Positions 1 through 11,368 are shown, counted from the stretch's first letter. The stretch: DNA of 64,000 nucleotides from Sphingomonas taxi (GCA_003243195.1 QFQI01000010.1:13196-77195); one strand, 5' to 3'. Notes: a model not told the origin generated them from the letters alone. Numbers and translations: made by a program.

Positions 1-676
1 GCACGCCGCTCGACACCTTGATGGTGTTGAGCTTGAACGCATCGCTCAGGCTGTCCGGGCCGTAGAACGAACCGCCGATGATCCACACGTTGCCGGCCTG
101 CGACGGCGACAGATTGTAGGTCTGGAGCGCCGCGCCCTTGTAGTCGGTGCTGTCGCTGTTGAAGCTGCCGGTCAGCGACGTGGACAACCCATCCAGCCGC
201 GACGCCGTCATCGCCTGATTGTAGTTGGCGCTCGTCCAGCCGATGAACGCATCATTGTCCGTGTAGCGGTTGCTGCCCAGCGCATAGGGGTTCAGCACCG
301 CCGACTGCAGCGACACCGCCTGGTCGAACTGGAAAACGATGAACTCCCAGCCGTTGACGTTGTCGACGGTGTGATAGTTGCCGTTGGTCGGGTCCAGGCC
401 GTTCTGATACACGCCGAGACCCGCCGAACCCCACGACGCCAGCTGGCCGGCCGAGAAGTTGCCCTTGAGGTCGCGCACCCAGGCGGTCGCCTTCACGTTG
501 ATCGTGGACTTACCGTCGGTGGACTTCACCTGATAGGTGAAGGTGTTGCCATAGCTGGTGCCGGTGGTGCCGGTGGTCTTCGTCGCGGCGGTGTCGATGA
601 TGAAGTCGGCGGCCTGCGCCGGCACCGCGGCGACGAGCGCTCCGGCGGCCAATGCGATCTGTGCGTAGCGAATCAT
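1..676 (-). CDS. Secreted protein of unknown function, N-terminal part (gene runs off the left edge)
   Basis: Absent from the ORF track because there is no stop in the window. Reverse-strand ATG at 676..674 gives MIRYAQIALAAGALVAAVPAQA (Sec-type signal, AQA cleavage site). A Thr/Gly/Asn-rich frame then stays open to position 2. Confidence 0.6.
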   Translation of the reverse strand, partial: MIRYAQIALAAGALVAAVPAQAADFIIDTAATKTTGTTGTSYGNTFTYQVKSTDGKSTINVKATAWVRDLKGNFSAGQLASWGSAGLGVYQNGLDPTNGNYHTVDNVNGWEFIVFQFDQAVSLQSAVLNPYALGSNRYTDNDAFIGWTSANYNQAMTASRLDGLSTSLTGSFNSDSTDYKGAALQTYNLSPSQAGNVWIIGGSFYGPDSLSDAFKLNTIKVSSGV

Positions 677-846
677 GGAATTGCCCCCCTGCAATCATTG
701 CCAAAGCGTTATGTTGACCGGGCTGTTCGCCCAATTGCCGCCGGGTCGCAATAGTCGGTCCGGCGCCATTGTCCCTGTTCGACACAGGTGCGATCGGGGC
801 AAAGCGCGACTGGTATCGCCGACGTCGCGCGCCTATGTGGCCGCGC

Positions 847-1710
<864 letters not shown>

Positions 1711-1721
1711 CGCGCCGGCGC

Positions 1722-2210
1722 GTGGGCCGCTCGCTCTATGCCGTCGCGGCGGGCTCGAACCGGCGCGGGCGTCATGGTCCGCCGCACGCAGAGGTCGCCG
1801 CGGCACTTCGGCTGCTGGGCGGCACGTGCTCGCCGATCATCGCCAGCGCGCCGCTCGGCCCGTCCACGCGCACCTTCGCCAATGCCGCCGTGCTGCTGGC
1901 CAGTGACGAATCGCCGCCCGCGCTGCTCGCGCGGCTGAAGGCGATCGAGCGCGCCTTCGGTCGCCGCACCGGCCGCCGCTGGGGCGCGCGGGTGCTGGAC
2001 CTCGACATCGTGTTGTGGTCGGGCGGGCGGTGGCGGGCGCCGGACCTGACCGTCCCGCACCGCGACTTTCGGGCGCGTGCGTTCGTGCTCGCGCCGCTGC
2101 TGGCGATCGCGCCGGGGTGGCGCGATCCGGTCGGCGGGCTGACCGTGCGCCAGCTTCATGCGCGGTTGACCCGCGCGCGCCCCGCCCCTAGGCGGCATCC
2201 ATCCGCGTGA
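1722..2210 (+). CDS. folK: 2-amino-4-hydroxy-6-hydroxymethyldihydropteridine diphosphokinase (HPPK)
   Basis: 3' part of ORF 1266..2210. GTG at 1722 gives VGRSLYAVAAGSN. Motifs LDLDIVLW and PHRDFRARAFVLAPL. The stop at 2208-2210 directly abuts the tRNA. Confidence 0.75.
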   Translation: MGRSLYAVAAGSNRRGRHGPPHAEVAAALRLLGGTCSPIIASAPLGPSTRTFANAAVLLASDESPPALLARLKAIERAFGRRTGRRWGARVLDLDIVLWSGGRWRAPDLTVPHRDFRARAFVLAPLLAIAPGWRDPVGGLTVRQLHARLTRARPAPRRHPSA

Positions 2211-2286
2211 GGGTCCGTAGCTCAGTCGGTAGAGCAAGCGACTTTTAATCGAGAGGTCCCGGGTTCGAGCCCCGGCGGACCCACCA
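2211..2286 (+). tRNA. tRNA-Lys (anticodon UUU)
   Basis: 76-nt cloverleaf: GGGTCCG acceptor pairs with CGGACCC, D-arm AGCTCAGTCGGTAGAGC, anticodon loop CTTTTAA, T-arm GGTTCGAGCC, encoded CCA. Confidence 0.95.
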
Positions 2287-2374
2287 CGCGGATATATTGT
2301 CGCGCGCGATGAACCCGCGCCGTCGCTGCGCGATTGTGTCGTTCCTGACAATGACGACACGGGAAGACGCGGCG

Positions 2375-2824
2375 ATGTTTCGATCCATTCTGATGGGCGC
2401 GGTGGCGGGATCGCGGGCGATGACCCCGCTGGCGACGGTCGCCAACGCCGCGCGGCTCGGCGCGCTGCCGCGCGACAATGGCGCACCGGCGCTGCTGGCG
2501 CATCCGCTGGTGTCGGCGGGCGCGCTGGCGATCGCGGCAGGCGAGCTGGCCGGCGACAAGATGAAGACCGCGCCGGACCGCATTGTCCCCGCCGGGCTGG
2601 CGGCGCGCCTGTTCACCGGCGGCGTGGCCGGCGCGGCCTATGCTCCGCGCGAGCGGCGCGTGATCGGCGCGGCGCTGGGCGCGGCGGCGGCGGTGGGCAT
2701 GTCGTACCTGACCTTCCGGCTGCGCATGGCCGCGCTGCGCCGCTACGGGCAGACCGCCAGCGGGCTGGTGGAGGATGCGCTGACCGTCGGCAGCGCGGTG
2801 ATCGTCGCGCGTCAGCGAACGTGA
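2375..2824 (+). CDS. DUF4126-like small membrane protein
   Basis: ORF 2297..2824 trimmed to ATG 2375 (MFRSILMGAVAGSRAMTPL). Gly/Ala-rich hydrophobic segments; the family call is from memory of similar proteins. Confidence 0.55.
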   Translation: MFRSILMGAVAGSRAMTPLATVANAARLGALPRDNGAPALLAHPLVSAGALAIAAGELAGDKMKTAPDRIVPAGLAARLFTGGVAGAAYAPRERRVIGAALGAAAAVGMSYLTFRLRMAALRRYGQTASGLVEDALTVGSAVIVARQRT

Positions 2825-2897
2825 TTTTCTTGCCGCCGGCTGCGACCAACGCCGCTCTCGCGAGTTTGTCGGGGTGACACGACAACGGGGAGTGACC

Positions 2898-3239
2898 ATG
2901 GCTGACGATCGCGACGCCCAGATTCGCCAGCATGCCTATCGGCTGTGGCAGCAGGAAGGTGAGCCGCACGGCCGTGATCGCGAGCATTGGGAGCGTGCCG
3001 AGCGTGAGCTGGCGGGCGATGCGCCGGCCGATCCCGAACCGGCCGGTGCGCTGGACGGCGATCCGCAGGTGGATGCCGATGCCGGCGCGGCCGCCGCGCA
3101 AGTCGGCAGCGACGACGCCGAGGCGCCTGCCCCGGCCGTCACGTCCACCCCTTCATCCGCCACGCCGCCGGCATCTTCCGCGCCCCCCGCGAAGGGCGCG
3201 GCGAAGAAGCCCACCACCCGGCGCAAGCGCACCACCTGA
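2898..3239 (+). CDS. DUF2934 domain protein
   Basis: ATG 2898 follows a GGGGAG RBS. IRQHAYRLWQQEGEPHGRDREHWERAEREL is the typical DUF2934 core. Ala/Pro-rich tail ending in KKPTTRRKRTT. Confidence 0.7.
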   Translation: MADDRDAQIRQHAYRLWQQEGEPHGRDREHWERAERELAGDAPADPEPAGALDGDPQVDADAGAAAAQVGSDDAEAPAPAVTSTPSSATPPASSAPPAKGAAKKPTTRRKRTT

Positions 3240-3287
3240 TCGCGCGCGGCATCGCGCCTGACCACACCTCCTGACGGGAGCACATCG

Positions 3288-5384
3288 TTGCACGCATTGC
3301 CGGACCGGCTCCAGCCGGGATCGCCCTATCCGCTCGGCGCCACGTTCGATGGCGAGGGCGTGAACTTCGCCGTCTTTTCCGCCAACGCCGATGCGATCGA
3401 ACTGTGCATCTTCGACCCGGCGGGCAAGCGCGAGTTGCAGCGCCTGCCGCTGACCGAATGCACCGACGAGGTGTGGCACGGCTATCTGCCCGATGTCGGA
3501 CCAGGGCTGGTCTACGGGCTACGCGCGCACGGCCGCTACGAGCCGGAGGCCGGGCATCGCTTCAACCCCAACAAGCTGCTGCTCGATCCCTATGCGCGAC
3601 GCATCCAGGGGCAGATCCGCTGGACCGACGCGCTGCACGGCTATCGCATCGGCCATCGCAGGGAGGATCTGTCCTTCGACAAGCGCGACAGCGCCCCCGC
3701 CATGCCGAAGGCGGTGGTCGTCGACGACCATTGGGACTGGTCGCGCGACCGGCGGCCGAACACGCCGTGGTCGGACACGGTGATCTACGAGGCGCACGTC
3801 AAGGGGCTGACCAGGCTGATGGAGCTGGTGCCGGCGCGCGAACGCGGCACCTATGCTGCGCTGGGCCATCCGGCGGTCATCAGGCACCTGCAACGCATCG
3901 GCGTGACCGCGATCGAGCTGCTGCCGATCCACACCTTCACCCAGGATCGCTTCCTGCAGGAAAAGGGGCTGCGCAACTATTGGGGCTATAACACGCTCGG
4001 TTTCTTCGCGCCCGAGCAGAGCTACATGGCGTCAGAGCACCAGGACGAGCTGCGCCGCGCGGTGCACCGGATGCACAAGGCCGGGATCGAGGTGATCCTG
4101 GACGTCGTCTACAACCACACCTGCGAGGGATCGGAGAAAGGCCCGACGCTGTCGTGGCGCGGGCTGGACAATGCCAGCTACTACCGGCTGGTACAGGACA
4201 ATCCGCGCTACACGATCAACGACACCGGCACCGGCAACACGCTGAACATGAGCAAGGCGCGCGTGATCCAGATGGTCGCCGATTCGCTGCGCTACTGGGC
4301 GACCAGCTTCGGGGTGGACGGGTTCCGGTTCGACCTGGGCCTGACGCTGGGGCGCGAGGAAACCGGGTTCGATCCGGGATCGGCGTTCTTCGACGTGCTG
4401 CGGCAGGATCCGGTGCTGGGTCGGCTGAAGCTCATCGCCGAGCCGTGGGACGTGGGACCAGGCGGCTACCAGCTCGGCAACTTCCCGCCGGGGTTCGCGG
4501 AGTGGAACGACAAGTATCGCGACACGGTGCGCGAGTTCTGGCGCGGCGAGCCGGGCAAGCGCCCCGATCTCGCCGCGCGGCTGTCGGGGTCGGGCGACCT
4601 GTTCGACCGGCGGGCGCGCCGTCCGTGGGCCAGCGTCAACCTGCTCGCCGCGCATGACGGCTTCACGCTGGCCGATACGGTGATGTACGAGGAGCGCCAC
4701 AACGAGGCGAACGGCGAGGACAATCGCGACGGCCATTCGCACAACGCCTCGTGCAACTGGGGTGTCGAGGGACCGACCGACGATCCGGCCGTCAACGACG
4801 CGCGGGGACGGGTGATGCGCTCGATGCTCACCACGCTGATGACCTCGCTGGGCACGCCGATGCTGGTGGCGGGCGACGAATTCGGGCGCACGCAGGGTGG
4901 CAACAACAACGCCTATTGCCAGGACAATGAGATCAGCTGGCTCGACTGGAAGGCGGCGGAGACGCCCGAGGGTCAGGCGCAGATCGACTTCACCGCGCGG
5001 CTGGCGGAGCTGCGCCGCCGCTTCCGCGTGCTGCACAACCCGACGTTCCTCTACGGCGAGGCGACCGCCGAGGGCGGCATCAACGACATCGAATGGTGGG
5101 ACGAGCGCGGCGGGCAATTGTCGCCGGAGGACTGGCAGAACCCGGAAGGCCGCGCGCTGATGATGCGCCGCGCCGCGCGCACCGAGGATGGCGAGATCGA
5201 GGCCGTGTCGCTGCTGCTGAACGCCAGCGGCGACCCGGTGACCTTCCAGCTACCGCCGCCGCACGCCACGCGCATCGTGCTGGTCGACAGCGCGCGGCCC
5301 GAGCAGGGCGAGGTGGAGATCGAGGACAGCTACGAGGTCGCGCCGCAGGGGGCGGTGCTCATCACCTGGCGCACGGCGGCATGA
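3288..5384 (+). CDS. glgX: Glycogen debranching enzyme GlgX/TreX (GH13)
   Basis: 698-aa ORF. N-terminus PGSPYPLGATFDGEGVNFAVFS. GH13 motifs VILDVVYNHT, GFRFDL, EPWD, AHDGF. Confidence 0.9.
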   Translation: MHALPDRLQPGSPYPLGATFDGEGVNFAVFSANADAIELCIFDPAGKRELQRLPLTECTDEVWHGYLPDVGPGLVYGLRAHGRYEPEAGHRFNPNKLLLDPYARRIQGQIRWTDALHGYRIGHRREDLSFDKRDSAPAMPKAVVVDDHWDWSRDRRPNTPWSDTVIYEAHVKGLTRLMELVPARERGTYAALGHPAVIRHLQRIGVTAIELLPIHTFTQDRFLQEKGLRNYWGYNTLGFFAPEQSYMASEHQDELRRAVHRMHKAGIEVILDVVYNHTCEGSEKGPTLSWRGLDNASYYRLVQDNPRYTINDTGTGNTLNMSKARVIQMVADSLRYWATSFGVDGFRFDLGLTLGREETGFDPGSAFFDVLRQDPVLGRLKLIAEPWDVGPGGYQLGNFPPGFAEWNDKYRDTVREFWRGEPGKRPDLAARLSGSGDLFDRRARRPWASVNLLAAHDGFTLADTVMYEERHNEANGEDNRDGHSHNASCNWGVEGPTDDPAVNDARGRVMRSMLTTLMTSLGTPMLVAGDEFGRTQGGNNNAYCQDNEISWLDWKAAETPEGQAQIDFTARLAELRRRFRVLHNPTFLYGEATAEGGINDIEWWDERGGQLSPEDWQNPEGRALMMRRAARTEDGEIEAVSLLLNASGDPVTFQLPPPHATRIVLVDSARPEQGEVEIEDSYEVAPQGAVLITWRTAA

Positions 5385-7069
5385 CGCGCTGGGGACCGGA
5401 ACCGCTGGCGGGCGGGGGTACGCGTTTCCATCTGTGGGCGCCCGATGCGGAGGCGGTGACGCTGGAACTGGACGGCGGCGACAGTACCGCCATGGAGCGC
5501 GGTACCGATGGCTGGTACGCGATCGACCGCCCGGAAGGACCGGGCACGCGCTACCGCTTCCGCATCGGGGATCAGGCGGTGCCCGATCCCGCCGCGCGCG
5601 GGCAATCGGGCGGTGTGCACGGCTGGAGCCTTGTTCACGCCAGCGACCACGACTGGCGATGCCGCGACTGGCGCGGGCGGCCGTGGCATGAGATGGTGAT
5701 CCTCGAAGTGCACGCCGGCACGCTGGGCGGCTTCGCCGGGGTGACCGGGCAATTGCCCGCGATCGCCGCGACCGGGATCACCGCGATCGAGCTGATGCCG
5801 GTCGGCGCGTTCGGCGGCACGCGCGGCTGGGGCTATGACGGCGTACTGCCCTATGCGGTGCAGGAGGATTACGGCTCGCCCGCGGACCTGCGGCGGCTGG
5901 TCGATGCCGCGCATGGCCTCGGGCTCAGCGTCTTCCTGGATGTCGTCTACAATCATTTCGGCCCGGACGGTAATTATCTCGGTGCCTATGCCGCCGACTT
6001 CTTCGATGCGGAGGTGCACACGCCATGGGGTGGCGCGGTGGCGGTGGAGCGGACGCCGGTCGCGCGCTTCTTCATCGACAATGCGCTGATGTGGCTGCGC
6101 GACTATCGCATCGACGGGCTGCGTTTCGACGCGGTGCATGCGATCGGCAACCCGGCGTTCCTGGATGCGATGGCGGCGGAGATCCGCGCCGCACTGCCCG
6201 ACCGCCATGTCCATCTGGTGCTGGAGAATGAGGAGAATGACGCCGACCTGCTGCGCAATGGCGCGTTCGACGCGCAGTGGAACGATGATTTCCACAACGT
6301 TCTGCACGTCCTGCTGACCGGCGAGACCAGCGCCTATTACGGCGATTTCGCCGATCGCCCCGCCGAGCGGCTGGCGCGATGCCTGGGCGAAGGCTTCATC
6401 TATCAGGGCGAGGGATCGCCCAATCACGACGGTACGCCACGCGGCAAGCCCAGCGCGCATCTGGCGCCGACGCGGTTCGTCGCCTTTCTCCAGAACCACG
6501 ATCAGGTCGGCAATCGCGCGCTGGGCGAGCGGCTGGTGTCGCTTACCGATCCGGCCAGGCTGCGCGCCGCGACCGCGCTGCTGCTGCTGTGCCCGCAGGT
6601 GCCGCTGCTGTTCATGGGAGAGGAGGAAGGCAGCGAGACGCCATTCCTGTTCTTCACCGATTTCCACGACGATCTGGCCGACGCGGTGCGCGAGGGACGG
6701 CGCAGGGAATTCGCCAAGTTCGACGCCTTCGCCGACGCCGAAGCACGGGCGCGCATCCCCGATCCAAACGCGCCGGCGACCTTCGAAGCGTCGCGCGCGC
6801 GTCCTGGCCCGGATGCGGCGGCATGGCGATCGCTGTACGCCGAGTTGCTGGCGCTGCGGCATGAGCGGATCGTGCCGCACTTGGCCGGCGCGACCGCGAT
6901 CGGCGCGCAGGCGATTGGCGAGGCGGCGGTGGTCGCACGCTGGCGGCTGGGCGACGGCACGACGCTGGGCATGGCGATCGACCTGGCGGATACGCCGGCG
7001 ACGCTCCCGGGCGGGGCGGAGCCGTTCTTCGTGGAAGGCGACCGCTTCGTGGCGTGGATCGAGGCGTGA
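5381..7069 (+). CDS. treZ: Malto-oligosyltrehalose trehalohydrolase
   Basis: ATG 5381 overlaps the glgX stop (ATGA). MTRWGPEPLAGGGTRFHLWAP, then FLDVVYNHFGPDGNYL, GLRFDAVHAI, QNHDQVGNR. Confidence 0.9.
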   Translation: MTRWGPEPLAGGGTRFHLWAPDAEAVTLELDGGDSTAMERGTDGWYAIDRPEGPGTRYRFRIGDQAVPDPAARGQSGGVHGWSLVHASDHDWRCRDWRGRPWHEMVILEVHAGTLGGFAGVTGQLPAIAATGITAIELMPVGAFGGTRGWGYDGVLPYAVQEDYGSPADLRRLVDAAHGLGLSVFLDVVYNHFGPDGNYLGAYAADFFDAEVHTPWGGAVAVERTPVARFFIDNALMWLRDYRIDGLRFDAVHAIGNPAFLDAMAAEIRAALPDRHVHLVLENEENDADLLRNGAFDAQWNDDFHNVLHVLLTGETSAYYGDFADRPAERLARCLGEGFIYQGEGSPNHDGTPRGKPSAHLAPTRFVAFLQNHDQVGNRALGERLVSLTDPARLRAATALLLLCPQVPLLFMGEEEGSETPFLFFTDFHDDLADAVREGRRREFAKFDAFADAEARARIPDPNAPATFEASRARPGPDAAAWRSLYAELLALRHERIVPHLAGATAIGAQAIGEAAVVARWRLGDGTTLGMAIDLADTPATLPGGAEPFFVEGDRFVAWIEA

Positions 7070-7181
7070 GACGTTCCGCCCCCTCATCGCCGCGACCGGG
7101 AAAAGCAGCGGACGGCCACGTCGCGCCGTGGCGGACGGGACCGGCGCGCCCATATCCCGGCCCGCACCCGCTGCCCGGAAC

Positions 7182-9074
7182 ATGGGGGCGATGAGCGATC
7201 TGCTGCGACAGGCGACCGCCGCCGGGCTGTCGCGCGACTGGCAGGATGCCGACGGTCGGGCGCAACGCGTCGATGACGAGGTGCTGGCGACGATCCTGTC
7301 GCGGCTCGACACGCGCGCACCCGACACGCCGTTCCTGTCCGGCGACTCCGGGCAGCCGGTCGCGCTGCCCGCCGGCCTATCGAGCCGCGCCGAGCTGGCG
7401 CTGGAGGACGGCACGACGCTGTCGCTGGCGATCGGCGACGATGCGACGCTGCCGGCGATCGAGCAGACCGGCTATCACCGCCTGCGTGCGGGCGGGCGCG
7501 ACTACCCGCTGGCGATCGCGCCGCGCCGCTGTGCGCTGCCGCCGCGCGGCTGGGGCGTGGCGGTGCAGGTGCCGGCGCTGCGCGGTGTAGCGACACGCGC
7601 GTTCGGCGACGCCGGTAGCCTGGCCGAAGCCGCCGCCGCGTTCGGCCGGTCCGGCGCGCAGGCGCTGGCGATCAGCCCGACGCACGCGCTGTTCCCCGCC
7701 GATCCGACGCGCTTCAGCCCCTATTCGCCCTCGACGCGGTTGTGCCACAACGTGCTGCTTTCCGATCCGGCGCTGATCGGCATTCCCCTGCCCCCCGCCC
7801 CCGCCCCGGCGCTGATCGACTGGGAACCGGCGGCGCGCGCACGGCTGGTGCAGTTGCGCGCCGTCTTCGATCAGGCCGGCGACGCCGCGCTGGCGGCGGC
7901 GGGCGCGTATCGCCGGCAGCGCGGCGCGACGCTGGAGGCGCATGCGCGGTTCGATGCGCTCCACGCGCGCTTCGGCGGGCATGGCTGGCAGGACTGGCCC
8001 GCCGACTATCACGACCCGGCCGGCGCGGCGGTGAACCGCTTCGCCGCCGACCAGGCGCGCGAGGTCGCCTTCCACGCCTTCCTGCAATGGCTTGCGGACC
8101 TCGGCCTTGCCGCCGCGCAGCGCGCCGCCACGGAGCGGATGGCCACCGGGCTGATCGCCGATCTGGCGGTCGGCATGGACGCGGGCGGCAGCCATGCGTG
8201 GAGCGCACGCGGCGAGTTGCTGGCCGGCCTCAGCGTCGGTGCACCGCCCGATCCGCTTGGGCCGGACGGGCAGAACTGGGGCATCACCGCGCTGGATCCG
8301 TTCGCGCTGGAACGTACCGGCTTCCGCCCGTTCATCGAAACGCTGCGCGTCGCGCTGGCGCATGCCGGCGGCATCCGCATCGACCATGCGCTGGGGCTGG
8401 ACCGCCTGTGGGTGATTCCCGAGGGCGAGGCGGCGGATCGCGGCGCGTACCTGCGCATGCCCGGCGCGCATCTGAAGCGGATCGTCGCGATCGAGGCGCA
8501 GCGCGCCGGGGCGCTGGTGATCGCCGAGGATCTCGGCACCGTGCCGCCAGGCTTCCGGGACACGCTGAGGCAACGCTGCATGCTGGGGATGCGCGTGCTG
8601 CCGTTCGAGCGCACGCCGGACGGCGGCTTCACCGACCCCGCGACCTGGGACGCGGAGGCGGTGGCGATGACCGGCACCCACGATACGCCGACGATCGCCG
8701 GCTGGTGGACGGGCCGCGACATCGACTGGGCGCGCCGGCTGGGACGATCCTCCGCGCACGCCGGCGAAGCGGAGGACCGCGCGCATCGCGCCGGCGAGCG
8801 CGCCGCCTTGTGGCAGGCGATGGGCGAGGACGGCGAACCGCCGGCCGAACCGCCAGTCGATGCGATCCTGGCGCATGTCGCCGCCGCGCCCTGCGCACTG
8901 GCGATCGTGCCGCTCGAGGATCTGCTGGCGCTGGAGGAACAGCCCAACCTGCCCGGCACGATCGACGAACACCCCAACTGGCGGCGGCGGATGGACGATT
9001 CCACCGACGCGCTGCTCGCCCGGCCCGAGGTCGCGCGCCGCACCGCCCTGCTCACATCGGAAAGACCCGCATGA
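7182..9074 (+). CDS. malQ: 4-alpha-glucanotransferase (amylomaltase)
   Basis: ORF 6813..9074 trimmed to ATG 7182 (or 7191, MSDLLRQA). Motifs DLAVGMDAGGSHAW, GIRIDHALGL, IAEDLGTVP, GTHDTPT. Confidence 0.85.
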   Translation: MGAMSDLLRQATAAGLSRDWQDADGRAQRVDDEVLATILSRLDTRAPDTPFLSGDSGQPVALPAGLSSRAELALEDGTTLSLAIGDDATLPAIEQTGYHRLRAGGRDYPLAIAPRRCALPPRGWGVAVQVPALRGVATRAFGDAGSLAEAAAAFGRSGAQALAISPTHALFPADPTRFSPYSPSTRLCHNVLLSDPALIGIPLPPAPAPALIDWEPAARARLVQLRAVFDQAGDAALAAAGAYRRQRGATLEAHARFDALHARFGGHGWQDWPADYHDPAGAAVNRFAADQAREVAFHAFLQWLADLGLAAAQRAATERMATGLIADLAVGMDAGGSHAWSARGELLAGLSVGAPPDPLGPDGQNWGITALDPFALERTGFRPFIETLRVALAHAGGIRIDHALGLDRLWVIPEGEAADRGAYLRMPGAHLKRIVAIEAQRAGALVIAEDLGTVPPGFRDTLRQRCMLGMRVLPFERTPDGGFTDPATWDAEAVAMTGTHDTPTIAGWWTGRDIDWARRLGRSSAHAGEAEDRAHRAGERAALWQAMGEDGEPPAEPPVDAILAHVAAAPCALAIVPLEDLLALEEQPNLPGTIDEHPNWRRRMDDSTDALLARPEVARRTALLTSERPA

Positions 9075-11368
9075 CGCCGCGCGCCACCTATCGCTTCCAG
9101 TTCCACAAGGACTTCACCTTCGCCGATGCCGAGGCGCTGGTCCCGTATCTCGACGATCTCGGCATCAGCCATGTCTATGCCTCTCCGGTCACGGTCGCGA
9201 CGCCCGGCTCCACGCACGGCTATGACGTGGTCGATCCCACCGCGATCAACCCGGAGCTGGGCGGCGAGGAAGCGTTCCGCGCGCTGGTGGCGGCGCTGCG
9301 GGCGCGCGACATGGGGCTGGTGATCGACATCGTGCCCAACCACATGGGCGTGGCGGGCGGCGCGAACCCTTGGTGGAACGACGTGCTGGCGAAGGGACCG
9401 GCGAGCGCGCATGCCGCGGTGTTCGACATCGACTGGCGCGAGCCGGTCGTGCTGCCGGTGCTCGGCGCGCCGCTGTCGGAGGCGCTGGCGAACGGCAACA
9501 TCGCGCTGGATCGCGACGGCGGGCGCTGGACGGTGCTGGCCTATGGCGAGCATCGCTTTCCGGTGCGCGACGAGGATCAGGCGCAGGCGGAGACCCTGCC
9601 GCTGGGCGATCTGCTCGCGCGCCAGCATTACCGCCTCGCCTATTGGCGGGTCGCCAACGACGAACTGAACTGGCGACGCTTCTTCTCGATCAACGAACTG
9701 GCCGGCGTGCGGATCGAGGACCCGGCGGTGTTCGACAAGACGCATGCACTGTATTTCCGCCTGCATGACGAGGGGCTGATCGACGGCGTGCGCGTCGATC
9801 ACGTCGACGGGCTGACCGATCCGATCGGCTATTGCCGGCGCCTGCGCGAACGGCTCGGCGCGGACGCGTGGATCGTGATCGAAAAGATCATCGGTGCCGA
9901 CGAAGGGCAGCCGCTCGGCTGGGGCGTGGACGGCACCAGCGGCTACGACTTCATGGAACAGGTCGCCGCGCTGCTCCACGATCCCGCCGGCGCGGAACCG
10001 CTCGGCAGCCTGTGGGAGGAGGTCAGCGGACGCAGCGCCAGCTTCGAGCCGGAGGAGTTCCAGGCGCGACAGGATCTGTTGTCGTGGCAGTTCAGCGGCC
10101 AGTTGGCGCAATGCGTCGCCGCTTTCCACCGGATCGCCCCGGACGGCGTGACGGAGGCGATGCTGCGCCGCGCGGTCGAGCGGCTGTTGTGGGTGTTCCC
10201 GGTCTATCGCACCTACGGCCCCGACGCGCCCGCCAGCGACGCCGCGATCCGCGACCTGGCGCGCGAACGGGTCGCCGAGCTGATCCCGCCCGGCGAAGCG
10301 CATGTCGTGGAGCTGATCCTCGGCTGGCTGGCCGGAGAAGGCAGCGGCACGGCGGACGCGGTACGCCGTTTCCAGCAACTGTCCGCGCCGATCGCCGCCA
10401 AGGCGGTCGAGGATACCGGCTTCTACCGCTATGGCCGGCTGCTGTCGCGCAACGACGTCGGCTTCGACGCCGATCGCACGGCGCTGACCCCCGACGAATT
10501 CCACGCGCGGATGGCGGCGCGCGCGCGCGACGTGCCGCGCGCGATGCTGACCACCGCGACCCACGATCACAAGCGCGGCGAGGACACGCGCGCGCGGCTC
10601 GCGGCGATCAGCGCACGGCCCGACGCATGGCGCGCGGCGACGCTGGCGTGGCTGGACCGCGACGATGGCGGCGTCGACGATGCCGATCGCTACATGCTGT
10701 TCCAGACGCTGGTCGGCGCCTGGCCCGACGACGGCGCCACCGCCGACTTCGTGGAGCGGATCGTCGCGTGGCAGCAGAAGGCGCTGCGCGAGGCGAAGCT
10801 GCGTTCGTCGTGGGAAGCGCCCGACGACGCCTATGAAAAGGCCGCCGCCGTGCTGGTGGAGGCGCTGCCCGGCGACGCCGGGGCGATCGCGCAGATCGAA
10901 CGGATCGTCGCCGACCTCGCCCCGCTCGCGGAGGCGAACATGCTGGCGCAGGTGCTGTTGCGCTATACCGTGCCCGGCATCCCGGATCTCTATCAGGGGA
11001 CCGAGCTGGCCGACCTCAGCCTGGTCGACCCCGACAACCGCCGCCCCGTGGACTATGACCGGCGCCGGCGCCTGCTTGCCGGAGACGCGCCGGCCAAGCT
11101 GCGGCTGATCGCCGACCTGCTGCGCTTGCGACGGGCCGAGCCGGACCTGTTCGCGGACGGAGGCTACGAGCCCGCGACCGTCACCGGCGCGGGCGCGGCG
11201 CACCTGCTCGCCTTCGAACGCCGGCACGGCGGGCGCACCCTGCGCGTCGCGCTCGCGCTGCATGGCGCGGACGTTCCGGAGGATACACAGGTCACGTTCG
11301 CGTCCGGCCATCGCGCCGCCGCCGCGACGCTGTTCGCCGACCGACCGATCTGGTACGAACTGGCCTGA
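9071..11368 (+). CDS. treY: Malto-oligosyltrehalose synthase
   Basis: ATG 9071 overlaps the malQ stop (ATGA). MTPRATYRFQFHKDFTFADAEALVPYLDDLGISHVYASP, then IDIVPNHMG and VRVDHVDGL. The 1208-aa ORF in the track is a 5' extension. Confidence 0.9.
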   Translation: MTPRATYRFQFHKDFTFADAEALVPYLDDLGISHVYASPVTVATPGSTHGYDVVDPTAINPELGGEEAFRALVAALRARDMGLVIDIVPNHMGVAGGANPWWNDVLAKGPASAHAAVFDIDWREPVVLPVLGAPLSEALANGNIALDRDGGRWTVLAYGEHRFPVRDEDQAQAETLPLGDLLARQHYRLAYWRVANDELNWRRFFSINELAGVRIEDPAVFDKTHALYFRLHDEGLIDGVRVDHVDGLTDPIGYCRRLRERLGADAWIVIEKIIGADEGQPLGWGVDGTSGYDFMEQVAALLHDPAGAEPLGSLWEEVSGRSASFEPEEFQARQDLLSWQFSGQLAQCVAAFHRIAPDGVTEAMLRRAVERLLWVFPVYRTYGPDAPASDAAIRDLARERVAELIPPGEAHVVELILGWLAGEGSGTADAVRRFQQLSAPIAAKAVEDTGFYRYGRLLSRNDVGFDADRTALTPDEFHARMAARARDVPRAMLTTATHDHKRGEDTRARLAAISARPDAWRAATLAWLDRDDGGVDDADRYMLFQTLVGAWPDDGATADFVERIVAWQQKALREAKLRSSWEAPDDAYEKAAAVLVEALPGDAGAIAQIERIVADLAPLAEANMLAQVLLRYTVPGIPDLYQGTELADLSLVDPDNRRPVDYDRRRRLLAGDAPAKLRLIADLLRLRRAEPDLFADGGYEPATVTGAGAAHLLAFERRHGGRTLRVALALHGADVPEDTQVTFASGHRAAAATLFADRPIWYELA

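Noticed and set aside
2211-3239. tRNA-Lys (and tRNA-Leu at 18086-18170) as an integration site for a genomic island
   Set aside because: There is no integrase, no direct repeat of the tRNA 3' end, and no compositional shift in the adjacent genes.
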